From a candidate division TM6 bacterium GW2011_GWF2_37_49 (GTDB taxonomy: Bacteria; Babelota; Babeliae; Babelales; RVW-14): a stretch of 30,378 nt of DNA. Below are positions 1-8,624 of this stretch, piece after piece. Within the stretch, counting starts at the first letter, position 1; every line of letters starts with the position of its first letter. The stretch lies in NCBI GenBank assembly GCA_945861145.1, contig CAMATL010000013.1, forward strand, positions 1 through 30,378, given 5' to 3'. Both the position numbers and the translations under genes were made by a program. The notes under the pieces were generated by a model. The model was not told the origin of the DNA. It saw only the letters and a program-made list of their open reading frames with translations, and did not search any database.

Positions 1-1361
1 TTCAGCGTCAAGGTGTAACAGCGCATGATCGAGTGATTATTTACTACGAAAATAGTGTTGAATTCTACGTTGGTTACTATGCAGCCTGGATGCTGCATGC
101 AGTGGCAACACCAGTCAATACCTATTTGCATGCAAAAGAATTGGCTCACGTCATCGCTGATGCTGAGCCAAAAATTATTTTTACTCAGACCTCATTTGTT
201 GCTTTGCTAGAAGGCCTCGTAACTGATGGTCTTTTAGCCGTTTTGCCACCAGTTTTGACTGGTGAGGTAATTGATTGGACGGCGATGACACTGGGTGAGG
301 CAATTATTCCAAGCGCTACCTTGAAGCCTGACGATCTTGCTTTATTGCTTTACACATCAGGAACAACTGGCGCACCTAAGGGCGTGATGCTTTCATCGCG
401 CAACGCGCTTACCAATGCATTGCAAGTGTATCCACGATTTAAGATGGCTGGCTTGAATGACGGTGAACGCTTTTTCTGTGTGTTGCCATTATTTCACGCA
501 TTTGCGCAAGTTGCCTGTATTTGGTTTGCTGCGCTTACCTCTTCAACCGTTATTATTGTGCCACGCATTGACCGCAAACTTATTCTTGAAGGTTTGCAAA
601 ACGGACCTACGGTGTTTTTTGGGTTTCCTGCACTTTATGGTCTACTATGCTTGATGAAAACAGCACCACTCGATACCATAAAACTGTTTGTGTCTGGAGC
701 TGATGCATTGCCTGATAAAATTAGAGCAGGCTTTGCTATGATTTACGGTCGGCGTATTTGCTCAGGTTATGGCCTAACTGAGACATCACCGGTAGTTGCA
801 ATTAATAGTGAAAATGAAGAGCGACCTACCAATGAAGTCGGTCGTCCCGTGTGTGGCTTAGAGATGCAATTGCGCGGCGAGAATGGTGAACTCGTTGAGC
901 AGGGCAGTGTGGGCACCTTGTGGCTTAAGGGTGGCAACATTATGCTTGGTTATTACCGCAGCCCAGAAGCTACATCTCAGATTCTTGTTGATGGCTGGCT
1001 TAACACTGGCGATCTGGTAAGCTTAGATGCTCAAGGACGGATAGCAATACGAGGCCGCAGTAAAGATTTGATTATTCACAAGGGATTTAATATCTATCCG
1101 CAAGAGATAGAAAACGTGCTACTTAAACATCCTAGTGTGTTCAAGGCGGCAGTGATTGGTAAGGCGGAAGATATGAGCGGGCAGGTGCCCGTGGCTTACG
1201 TGGCGGTACGTAGTGCTGACCACAAGATGACTGAAGAGGGATTGAGGAAATTGTGTAATGAATATTTGGCTGCGTATAAAATGCCGCGCCAGATAATATG
1301 CCTTGAGGATTTGCCGATGAATGCGACAGGAAAGGTCGATAAGAAGCAGCTCAAGCAGTAA
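1..1361 (+). CDS. AMP-forming acyl-CoA synthetase (long-chain-fatty-acid--CoA ligase family); 5' end lies upstream of the window
   Basis: The frame of the listed ORF 33..1361 is open back to position 3 with no stop. It carries the AMP-binding signature YTSGTTGAPKG, the GYGLTE motif and the TGDL motif, and ends in the typical C-terminal ...MPRQI...LPMNATGKVDKKQL region. The conserved motifs sit closer to the ORF start than in full-length enzymes, so about 80-100 N-terminal residues are missing. Confidence 0.85.
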   Translation, partial: QRQGVTAHDRVIIYYENSVEFYVGYYAAWMLHAVATPVNTYLHAKELAHVIADAEPKIIFTQTSFVALLEGLVTDGLLAVLPPVLTGEVIDWTAMTLGEAIIPSATLKPDDLALLLYTSGTTGAPKGVMLSSRNALTNALQVYPRFKMAGLNDGERFFCVLPLFHAFAQVACIWFAALTSSTVIIVPRIDRKLILEGLQNGPTVFFGFPALYGLLCLMKTAPLDTIKLFVSGADALPDKIRAGFAMIYGRRICSGYGLTETSPVVAINSENEERPTNEVGRPVCGLEMQLRGENGELVEQGSVGTLWLKGGNIMLGYYRSPEATSQILVDGWLNTGDLVSLDAQGRIAIRGRSKDLIIHKGFNIYPQEIENVLLKHPSVFKAAVIGKAEDMSGQVPVAYVAVRSADHKMTEEGLRKLCNEYLAAYKMPRQIICLEDLPMNATGKVDKKQLKQ

Positions 1362-1371
1362 TGGGGTTACG

Positions 1372-2679
1372 ATGTCTATGAGTATTTCGACTGAGTTACT
1401 ACTATTTGCTGTATGTATGTTTTTTGCAGCGCTGTTTGCGTTTTTGGAAACAGCATTCACAGCTCTCCGGCTCTTCAAGCTTAAAGAGCTTGCAGCGTCG
1501 GTAGCAAAATACAAAGCACTTTTTGAATCATGGGAAAAGAATCCGCAACGGATTTTGATTACCATTTTAATTGCTAATAATTTTGCTCATGTTCTTACTT
1601 CGGTGCTTATTTCGCATATCATGCAGCGTTCTTTTGGATCCATTGGGCTTGCTGTCGGTGTTGCTGTAGCCACCGTAGCGATTCTTATTTTTGGTGAGAT
1701 TATCCCAAAAAGTTTTGCAAAAACGCACCATGAAAAACTATTCGCCTCATTTTTATGGCTCATTAATTTGCTATTTCATCTCTTGTATCCATTTGTTACA
1801 GGCCTGCTGCGTATTGCAGATGTCTTTTTGACCAAGGTTGGTGGGCAGCATGTGCTAGAAAAGCAGGCTGATATTTCTGAAAAAGAAATTGAATTTTTGA
1901 TTGATTACAGTGATGAAAAAGGCTTAATGGAGACTGAAAAGACTGAAATGTTACAAAACATTTTTAGCCTTGGGCAGACGCAAGTGCGCGAGATTATGAT
2001 CCCTAAAAATAATGTGGTAGCGATCAATGCGCAATCCAGCTTGCAAAATGCTATGGAAGTTTTGAGTGCATCACGCTTTTCACGTCTACCTGTTTATGAA
2101 GATAAAGAAGATAATATTGTTGGCATAATTCATCAAAAAGACATTTTTGATTTACTGTCCAACAATAAAATAGAAACCTCATCACTTGCGCTGCTCATAC
2201 GGCCAATTCTTTTTATACCAGAAACCAAGCGAATTAATCAGCTGCTCAGTGAATTTTTGAAAAAACGCATGCATATGGCTGGTATTGTCGACGAGTATGG
2301 CTGCTTGAGTGGCATCATCACGCTTGAAGATATTCTCGAAGAGATTGTTGGTGATATTGCTGACGAACATGAAAAAATTAATTCACTCATTGTCCCACTT
2401 GACCAAGGTGGCTGGCTTGTAGATGCAAGCGTTGAGCTTGATGAGCTGGCAGATTTGCTCCGCATCAAGTTTGATGTTGATTCTTCAGTGACCTTGGGTG
2501 GTTTTTTGGCTGAGCGACTTCAGCATCTGCCTAAAAAAGGCGAGCGCTTGTTGTATGAGAGTTATTATTTCCAGGTCCAGCAGGCAAATACCCGCAAGGT
2601 TTTTCAGGTATTAATTTTTCAAAATCAAGAACCGATAATTTCTGATTCTGATCGGCATTTGTTCGGAGATGATCAATAA
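1372..2679 (+). CDS. CorC/CNNM (HlyC/TlyC) family Mg/Co transporter: DUF21 membrane domain + CBS pair + CorC_HlyC C-terminal domain
   Basis: N-terminal hydrophobic DUF21-like segment, followed by a central CBS pair (REIMIP...VAIN / ...GIVDEYG...GIITLEDILEEIVGDI) and a C-terminal transporter-associated domain. The listed ORF begins at 1321 inside the upstream gene. The first ATG after the upstream stop (1372) is the more likely start. Confidence 0.8.
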   Translation: MSMSISTELLLFAVCMFFAALFAFLETAFTALRLFKLKELAASVAKYKALFESWEKNPQRILITILIANNFAHVLTSVLISHIMQRSFGSIGLAVGVAVATVAILIFGEIIPKSFAKTHHEKLFASFLWLINLLFHLLYPFVTGLLRIADVFLTKVGGQHVLEKQADISEKEIEFLIDYSDEKGLMETEKTEMLQNIFSLGQTQVREIMIPKNNVVAINAQSSLQNAMEVLSASRFSRLPVYEDKEDNIVGIIHQKDIFDLLSNNKIETSSLALLIRPILFIPETKRINQLLSEFLKKRMHMAGIVDEYGCLSGIITLEDILEEIVGDIADEHEKINSLIVPLDQGGWLVDASVELDELADLLRIKFDVDSSVTLGGFLAERLQHLPKKGERLLYESYYFQVQQANTRKVFQVLIFQNQEPIISDSDRHLFGDDQ

Positions 2680-2721
2680 AATCCACATAAGCCGTTCTTA
2701 GCGAGAGTAGTATAATCGACG

Positions 2722-4398
2722 ATGAAACAGCTTAAACGCCTTTGGGCGTACACGAAACGTTATTGGAAGATGTTGGCAGCATCGCTTTCTTCGGCCGCCT
2801 TATTCGGCGTAGTTGCCGCGGGTCCGACCTATCTTTTAAAGCGGGTTGTAGATGATATTTTTGTGAATAAAAATCATCATCTCATTCTTCCCATGGCCTT
2901 TGTATTGGTATTTATTTTTGCCTGCAAGGGCATTTTTAGTTTTTTGACTTCATACACCATGCATTGGGTTGGGCATCGCGTTGTTAACGACATACGTTCC
3001 GATTTGTTGGTAAGCGTTATGTGTTATCCGCTGAGTTTTTTTCAGGCGATGACGACAGGGCAGCTTATGTCACACTTTCTCAATGATGTACAGATGATGC
3101 AAAACGCCGCATCGGCGACCATAAAAAACGGTGTGCGAAGCCTTTTTGAAACAATGTTTTTGATTACTTTTGCTTTTCTTCAAAACTGGCAGCTAGCACT
3201 CATGATGGTGTTAGTGGGGCCGGTGATGGGTGTGATTATTAAAAAAATGGGCGCATCAATCAAGCGTTCATCATATCGCATCCAGCAAGAAGTAGGATCG
3301 CTCAGTGATCAGCTACAAGAAACGTTTAGCGGCATGCGTGAAGTGAAGGCTTTTAATGCTGAAGCTTACCATATTTCTCGCTTCGACAACCAGCTCCAAA
3401 GATTTTTTACGGCGACTATGCGTTTTGTTAAAGCTGAAGCACTGCTTCCTTCGCTCATTGAGCTGGTAACCATGGTTGGTGCAGCGCTTGCGTTTTATGT
3501 GGCAGCACAGCAGGTGATCAGTGGCTACATCACCCCCGGGCAATTAACGTCATTTGTGGCGGCATCACTTTTGGCCTATGCGCCGATGAAGCGACTTATC
3601 AATGTGTATGGTGAAATTCAATATGCTTTGGCTGCAGCAGATCGTGTTTTTATGCTGATGGATCGTGTGGTGCCTGCGCAACGCATTGGGCAGCACATAT
3701 CGTTTAAAGAGCAAATTTCATTCAATAATTTATCATTTGCCTACGCGCCAGACCGCCCGGTACTGCGCAATATTAATTTGACACTAAAAAAAGGCGAGCG
3801 GGTTGGCATTGTTGGGCCTTCTGGAGGGGGCAAGAGCACGTTGATTGACCTTCTGCTTGGCTTTATCACTCCGATTGACGGGACCATTACCATTGATGGC
3901 CAGGTGCTTACGCTGGGGAATGGTGCGCAGTGGCGTCACTATGTTGGTTATGTTGGCCAGCGGCCATTTTTGTTTAATGATACCGTACAAAACAATGTGA
4001 TGTATGGTCGAACTAAATTGAATCAAGAATCTATTCAGACGGCAATTGAAGCGGCTGATGCTCAAGATTTTGTCTGTGCGTTAGCAAAGGGATACGACAC
4101 CATGCTGGGTGAAAACGGCAATCTCTTGTCTGGCGGGCAACGACAACGGTTAACGATTGCACGAGCGCTTGCTGGGCGCCCACAATTATTAATTTTTGAT
4201 GAAGCGACTGCATCGCTTGATGCAGCTTCTGAAGATGAAATAAAAAACTCATTACAGCGCTTGCCTGCCGATGTGACCGTAATTATCGTTACGCATCGAG
4301 CCTCATTGCTTAAAGCCGTAGATCGAGTATTGCTTGTGGATGACAATTCGGTGCGTGTTGTACTCAAAGATCAGGCGCTGCGTTCGGTAGCGGTCTAA
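2722..4398 (+). CDS. ABC exporter, fused permease + ATPase (MsbA/lipid A exporter-like)
   Basis: An N-terminal domain with six predicted transmembrane helices, followed by Walker A GPSGGGKST, the ABC signature LSGGQRQRLTIARAL and Walker B LLIFDEATASLD. Confidence 0.9.
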   Translation: MKQLKRLWAYTKRYWKMLAASLSSAALFGVVAAGPTYLLKRVVDDIFVNKNHHLILPMAFVLVFIFACKGIFSFLTSYTMHWVGHRVVNDIRSDLLVSVMCYPLSFFQAMTTGQLMSHFLNDVQMMQNAASATIKNGVRSLFETMFLITFAFLQNWQLALMMVLVGPVMGVIIKKMGASIKRSSYRIQQEVGSLSDQLQETFSGMREVKAFNAEAYHISRFDNQLQRFFTATMRFVKAEALLPSLIELVTMVGAALAFYVAAQQVISGYITPGQLTSFVAASLLAYAPMKRLINVYGEIQYALAAADRVFMLMDRVVPAQRIGQHISFKEQISFNNLSFAYAPDRPVLRNINLTLKKGERVGIVGPSGGGKSTLIDLLLGFITPIDGTITIDGQVLTLGNGAQWRHYVGYVGQRPFLFNDTVQNNVMYGRTKLNQESIQTAIEAADAQDFVCALAKGYDTMLGENGNLLSGGQRQRLTIARALAGRPQLLIFDEATASLDAASEDEIKNSLQRLPADVTVIIVTHRASLLKAVDRVLLVDDNSVRVVLKDQALRSVAV

Positions 4399-4525
4399 AA
4401 ATAGTAAAAGGCCCCCGAGATTTCTCTCGAGGGCCTTTTTTCATTACTAAAAGTGCTCACACCTAAGCAGCTTTATTATCTTTGTCTTTTTCTTGTTAAC
4501 CAAGCGTGCCAAGGAACGCCGGCAA
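4396..4525. repeat. Direct-repeat copy (~94% identity) of 6677..6807: terminator plus degraded flotillin C-terminal codons (minus strand reads ...LPAFLGTLG-stop)
   Basis: Direct nucleotide comparison with 6677..6807 shows 8 mismatches over about 130 bp. In this copy Gln -> stop (gttgacc -> gttaacc). Confidence 0.85.
4406..4441. terminator. Rho-independent bidirectional terminator (A-tract, 11-bp stem with one mismatch, T-tract); copy 1 of a duplicated element
   Basis: aaaa GGCCCCCGAGA tttc TCTCGAGGGCC tttttt lies immediately after the ABC-exporter stop codon. Confidence 0.7.
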
Positions 4526-4526
4526 A

Positions 4527-5027
4527 TTAATCTTCATCTATATAAATTGATATAATTTTTTCAGGACGTTCCGGTCCAGAAATAGGACAATCATATTGAA
4601 ACCTTTGCCTTGCAGTTTGAAAGTTTTCAAACTGACTAGTGTAACCATTGATAGAAGATCTATCGTTAAATAACGACGGATACGTTTGATCAAGGATAAC
4701 AAACGCCCCACTATTCTTCAGAATGACATCTCCACAATGAAATATCTTCGTAAAATCATCTGATTCTAGTGGCCCTGCAGCAAGGGGAATAACATGTATT
4801 TGTACATTCTCTTTTTTATAAACGCGCACTCCAGTACCTGAATCAACGGTCTTTTCCCATCCTCCATCTTCTCTAATCACAAGCGGATCTCGAGGATCAC
4901 GAAAACAACTAAATGATGGATCAACAAGAAAAATATAAATAGGGACTGTTGGGTGTTGTCCTATAAACTCTTGTAAATACAGTGGAAATTGTTGATCTCG
5001 AGCTTCTTGGATAATACTGTTACGCAA
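4527..5027 (-). CDS. Hypothetical protein (166 aa), no recognisable family; stop codon is the first triplet of a 1.27-kb insertion in the flotillin-tail remnant
   Basis: Clean ORF whose TAA (4527-4529) directly abuts the end of the repeat copy. Lies downstream of the 201-aa ORF on the same strand, with a 35-bp gap. Confidence 0.5.
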   Translation of the reverse strand: MRNSIIQEARDQQFPLYLQEFIGQHPTVPIYIFLVDPSFSCFRDPRDPLVIREDGGWEKTVDSGTGVRVYKKENVQIHVIPLAAGPLESDDFTKIFHCGDVILKNSGAFVILDQTYPSLFNDRSSINGYTSQFENFQTARQRFQYDCPISGPERPEKIISIYIDED

Positions 5028-5062
5028 ATAATTAGGCCTATTAAGAAAATCAACGTAACAAC

Positions 5063-5668
5063 CTAATGCAAAAATAAAACCGCAGGTTCTTGAATCGGCT
5101 CAGCTAGCTGATGTAAATGTTGAAATAACACTTCTCTAACTTGCTTATTTTTTTCTCTCACTGCAGTCTTAACACTTTTATCACCAACCTCAAGCGTTGG
5201 CAACGCCCAAGCAACCTGCTCGTCTAAAGCTTGATAATCTGTGTCAGAATCTAGTCGATACATACTAAAAAGCTTTCTTGAAAGAAGATAAATTTGAAAA
5301 AAATGTTGTAATCCTGGGTCAGCAAATGGCTGAAAATCAGCAGAATAACCTGGTGTAATAGCATACTCCCAACCAGTTATATCATTAGGTCTTTGACTGG
5401 ACCGTAAACTGTCTTTATAGTTCTCAAATTTTGAGAATTCAGCTTTTGCCGCATTATATTCTTCAGCTGAGATATTAAAACTCTTTTGCCATGCGTCCTC
5501 TTGAGCCTGTCGCCAAACAGCTTCTTCAGTTGGTAGCTCTGAATACCTGTAGAAATACCCCATCGGCTTTACATTCAAACTAACAAAAGTCAGCATCAGC
5601 ATACAACTCAACACTTGTCGAACAAAATTCATACAAACCCCGCACAAACTTATCAATGCAATTAACAT
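5063..5668 (-). CDS. Hypothetical protein (201 aa), probably exported: hydrophobic N-terminal stretch, possible alternative start MNFVRQ at 5632
   Basis: N-terminus ...CMLMLTFVSLNVKP resembles a signal peptide. No recognisable domain. Co-oriented with 4527..5027. Confidence 0.5.
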   Translation of the reverse strand: MLIALISLCGVCMNFVRQVLSCMLMLTFVSLNVKPMGYFYRYSELPTEEAVWRQAQEDAWQKSFNISAEEYNAAKAEFSKFENYKDSLRSSQRPNDITGWEYAITPGYSADFQPFADPGLQHFFQIYLLSRKLFSMYRLDSDTDYQALDEQVAWALPTLEVGDKSVKTAVREKNKQVREVLFQHLHQLAEPIQEPAVLFLH

Positions 5669-5796
5669 ATCCTATTCATAAGCTTAGTAGCGATATATTC
5701 AAACAGTCAATATAAAAGTGCTAATTAATCATCTTTTTTATATTGATCACGCACGCCTAAGAAGGCTTGAGAACTCTTGCTTACCCTGATTTTTAT

Positions 5797-5856
5797 ACAA
5801 AAACTAATGCCACTCATTGCTGCAATATCATGCAACGGCGGTAGCGACTTGACCAT
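5797..5856. repeat. Second piece of the degraded flotillin 3'-end copy (~86% identity to 6812..6871); minus strand reads ...MVKSLPPLHDIAAMSGI
   Basis: Aligns to the intact flotillin codons ...SMVKSLPPLHDIAALSGI. Together with 4396..4525 it forms one remnant, split by the 4526..5796 insert, which sits exactly where the intact copy has gtct. Confidence 0.8.
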
Positions 5857-5962
5857 GCAGCTCATAGCCCGACTCAAACCCTAGTCATTTAGGACGAAAA
5901 CATTGTAGTTATTGCATGAAATAGTACCTTAATGATAGTCTCTTTGGAGATAGGAGGACCTT

Positions 5963-6283
5963 ATGATCACAAAAGAATTATTTGATGAGATCACACGTCG
6001 TTTAGTTCAAGCATACGATCCTGAAGCAATTTATCTTTTTGGATCTTACGCATGGGGTTCACCAACCGATGATAGCGACGTTGATCTTGCAATTATTGTA
6101 CGGGTAGCAAACCCTCGCCGTATTAAACGTACACTTGCCGCTTCAGAAGCATTATGGGGACTCGGCATCTCCAAAGACGTAATCGTTTACACGCAAGAAG
6201 AATTTGCTCGTGCAGCAGAACATCCTTCAACACTGGCCCATAAAATTTTACAAGAGGGACATGTGTTGTATGGAAAGGCATGA
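5963..6283 (+). CDS. Minimal nucleotidyltransferase (MNT, NTP_transf_2-type), antitoxin-like partner of the downstream HEPN protein
   Basis: Contains the G-S-x9-13-D-x-D motif (LFGSYAWGSPTDDSDVDL). Small at 106 aa. RBS ggagataggagga lies upstream. Confidence 0.8.
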   Translation: MITKELFDEITRRLVQAYDPEAIYLFGSYAWGSPTDDSDVDLAIIVRVANPRRIKRTLAASEALWGLGISKDVIVYTQEEFARAAEHPSTLAHKILQEGHVLYGKA

Positions 6284-6686
6284 ACTATGGCTTTATAAAG
6301 CTGAGGGGGATCTGGCTCTTGCGATAGAGGCATTGGCTATACCAAATGAAAAAATTCGGGATGCCGCAATTTATCACACGCAACAAGCTGCTGAAAAAGC
6401 ATTAAAGGCTTTTCTCGTTTTTAAGCGCGAACCATTACTCAGAACACACGACCTAGAAGATCTTCTCTGGATATGCATGAAGCATGATATTTCGTTCAAT
6501 TATCTTTTTAGATTTGCAGCACAGCTCAATCCTTTAATTATGGAATATCGCTATCCACTCGAAGATTTTGATGAACCTCAAACACCGTTGCCTGAAGAGT
6601 TAAGAGAGGCAATAGAAGCCGCAACAGAGGTTTTTAAGTTTGTAGTCGATATGATCGCAACTGATTCCGTCAGCAGTAAAAAATAG
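6270..6686 (+). CDS. HEPN-domain protein (PF05168-like), toxin-like partner of the MNT
   Basis: Contains ...HTQQAAEKALKAFLVFKREPLLRTHDLEDLL (an R-x6-H-type HEPN motif). Overlaps the MNT gene by 14 bp. Start chosen at ATG 6270, which has an acceptable spacing to the GAGGGA upstream. Alternative start ATG 6261. The listed ORF begins further upstream at 6204. Confidence 0.75.
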   Translation: MERHELWLYKAEGDLALAIEALAIPNEKIRDAAIYHTQQAAEKALKAFLVFKREPLLRTHDLEDLLWICMKHDISFNYLFRFAAQLNPLIMEYRYPLEDFDEPQTPLPEELREAIEAATEVFKFVVDMIATDSVSSKK

Positions 6687-6687
6687 T

Positions 6688-6724
6688 AAAAGGCCCACGG
6701 AATTTCTCTCGAGGGCCTTTTCTC
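6688..6724. terminator. Copy 2 of the duplicated terminator-like element (weaker stem than copy 1), between the convergent HEPN and flotillin genes
   Basis: aaaaGGCCCacggaatttctctcGAGGGCCttttctc. Confidence 0.45.
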
Positions 6725-6744
6725 ATTACTAAAAGTGCTCACAC

Positions 6745-8097
6745 CTAAGCAGCTTTATTATCTTTGTCTTTTTCTTGTTGACCAAGCGTGCCGAGGAACG
6801 TTGGTAAGTCTATGCCACTCAACGCTGCAATATCATGCAACGGCGGCAGTGATTTGACCATGCTGCTCATAAAGTTTGCGGTAGATGAGCCACCCTTGTC
6901 GCCATTGCCACTGTCCCAAACCGTGATCTTATCAATCTTAAGATTTTTGATCGCTTCGGTTTGGAGCTTGACCATTTCTTCCATCTTTTCGACTAAGAGC
7001 ATGGTTGCAGCTTCGCGAGGGTTACCACCGCAAGCATTAACCAACATACGGTAACCATCTGCCTTAGCAGCCAATACCTTCAAGGTACCTTCAGCTTCAG
7101 CCTGCTTAAGGGCAATTACAGCTGCTGCTTTACCGGTAGCTTCAATTCTTTCACGATCAGCCTCAGCCGCTGCATCGATCGATATTTTACGCTTTTCAAT
7201 TTCTTTGGGCACAATTTGCTCTGCTTCAAGACGCGCAAGCTCAGAAAGGCTTTTTGCTCTGCTGATCTCAGCATTTGATTGCTGTTGTGACACCTGGCCA
7301 CGCATAGCCGCTTCTGATTCACGTTGCAAAAGTTCTGCATTAAATGCTGCAATTCTTGCTCGTGCATCGTTTTCGCCCTGTACCGCTTCAGCATTAAAGC
7401 TGGTTACTTTGATACGACGTTCGCGATCCGCTTCTGCACTACCAATATCGCCGCGCTTTTCTTGTTCAGCCACATCTACTTTAGCTTGGTTGATAGCGGT
7501 TGAAGCCGCTTTTTTACCAATGCTTTCAATATAACCAGACTCATCCGTGATATCGGTGATGTTTACGTTAAGCAACATCAAACCAATTTTACGAAGCTCA
7601 GGCTCAATGTGCTTGCGAATTTCCATCAAAAAGCGCTCACGGTCTTGGTTGATTTCTTCAATACGCAAAGAAGCAACCGTCAAACGTAGCTGACCAATAA
7701 TGATTTCAGTCGCCATCATCTCAATGCCTTTGATTGGCAAGCCCAACAAGCGAACTGATGCGTTATTCATCGCTTCAGCTGTCGTATCAATCGCCACCGT
7801 AAAAGTACTTGGCACGTTGATACGAATATTTTGCTGAGACAGCGCCGACTTAAGCGGGATGTGCAAAGTAATCGGGGTCAAATCGAGATAATCATAATCT
7901 TGGATCAATGGCCACACAAAGGTACCACCGCCATGATAACATCTAACCGACTCGCCGCCCGTCACCTTACCATACACGGCTAAGATGCGGTTTGATGGAC
8001 AACGCTTGTAGCAATTGGCCAAAAACACGAAGGTGAAAAAAATGAACGCTGTGGCTGCTACAATCGCAGCTACAAAAAAGTTAATCGTTACAAACAT
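6745..8097 (-). CDS. Flotillin-like SPFH/band-7 protein (FloA/YqiK-type)
   Basis: N-terminal transmembrane helix, an SPFH domain, then a long Ala/Glu-rich coiled-coil region (EAEQIVPKEIEKRKISIDAAAEADRERIEATGKAAAVIALKQAEAEG...). Confidence 0.85.
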   Translation of the reverse strand: MFVTINFFVAAIVAATAFIFFTFVFLANCYKRCPSNRILAVYGKVTGGESVRCYHGGGTFVWPLIQDYDYLDLTPITLHIPLKSALSQQNIRINVPSTFTVAIDTTAEAMNNASVRLLGLPIKGIEMMATEIIIGQLRLTVASLRIEEINQDRERFLMEIRKHIEPELRKIGLMLLNVNITDITDESGYIESIGKKAASTAINQAKVDVAEQEKRGDIGSAEADRERRIKVTSFNAEAVQGENDARARIAAFNAELLQRESEAAMRGQVSQQQSNAEISRAKSLSELARLEAEQIVPKEIEKRKISIDAAAEADRERIEATGKAAAVIALKQAEAEGTLKVLAAKADGYRMLVNACGGNPREAATMLLVEKMEEMVKLQTEAIKNLKIDKITVWDSGNGDKGGSSTANFMSSMVKSLPPLHDIAALSGIDLPTFLGTLGQQEKDKDNKAA

Positions 8098-8169
8098 GTT
8101 ACGACTCCTTACCTCTAAAGATGTTTAATAAAAATCACATTTATGGACATACTGATAAGATATACCAGC

Positions 8170-8433
8170 TCACTTAAAAAATCTTTTTGTTGTTTGAGCG
8201 TAGACTTGGATTTGCGGTTTTTTTATCCACACAGTCACCACAATCATCAGCCATACTGTAATCACAGCACATGAAATAGCTGAAGAAACGGATAGCCCAA
8301 AATAAACTCCAACAACGCACAACACAATTTGTGTGGCTAGCACGGTGGCAATCCTGGGAACTACAAGCAACAAAAGTAAACTTACGGTGAGCGCAACAGT
8401 AGCGGCTATCAAAAAATCTGATGTTATAACCAT
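8170..8433 (-). CDS. Small polytopic membrane protein (87 aa) between NfeD and flotillin
   Basis: Strongly hydrophobic throughout, with AAGGAG six nt upstream of the ATG. The overlapping 88-aa Cys-rich frame (8174..8440) is rejected. Confidence 0.5.
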   Translation of the reverse strand: MVITSDFLIAATVALTVSLLLLLVVPRIATVLATQIVLCVVGVYFGLSVSSAISCAVITVWLMIVVTVWIKKPQIQVYAQTTKRFFK

Positions 8434-8460
8434 GTTGCAACTCCTTAATTACTTAACTAT

Positions 8461-8613
8461 TTAATTGATACAGCCCTTGCATCGGCTATCTAAGCAGCCA
8501 CAAGAAAAAGCTCGCAGATACGAAGAAAATGACACATAACGCCTGTACAGGCTTGCCAAAACAATGCCGGCAAACGTACCAGGCAACAGAAAATGAATAA
8601 ATCCAGATAACAT
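8461..8613 (-). CDS. Possible 50-aa single-TM peptide (MLSGFIHFLLPGTFAGIVLASLY...), too short to appear in the ORF track
   Basis: ATG lies 12 nt after the NfeD stop codon, with AAGG upstream. Contains one hydrophobic helix. Support is weak. Confidence 0.2.
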   Translation of the reverse strand: MLSGFIHFLLPGTFAGIVLASLYRRYVSFSSYLRAFSCGCLDSRCKGCIN

Positions 8614-8624
8614 ATAAAAAAACC

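Noticed and set aside
457-654. 65-aa ORF inside the acyl-CoA synthetase gene in another frame; likewise 1119..1565 (-) antisense
   Set aside because: Fully embedded in or antisense to a well-supported gene. No RBS, and low-complexity hydrophobic or Cys-rich translation.
5767-5780. Short shared motif tgcttaccctga at 5767 and 10567, the latter inside a ccctgaattatatcaggg hairpin
   Set aside because: Only 12 nt shared. Likely chance.
7116-7534. ORFs 7116..7394 (-) and 7205..7534 (+) inside the flotillin gene
   Set aside because: The Ala/Glu-rich coiled-coil coding repeats give long stop-free stretches in other frames. The flotillin frame is the one with domain similarity.
8174-8440. Alternative 88-aa Cys-rich frame overlapping the 87-aa membrane-protein ORF
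   Set aside because: The other frame gives a coherent hydrophobic protein with an AAGGAG RBS. This one has no RBS and an implausible composition.
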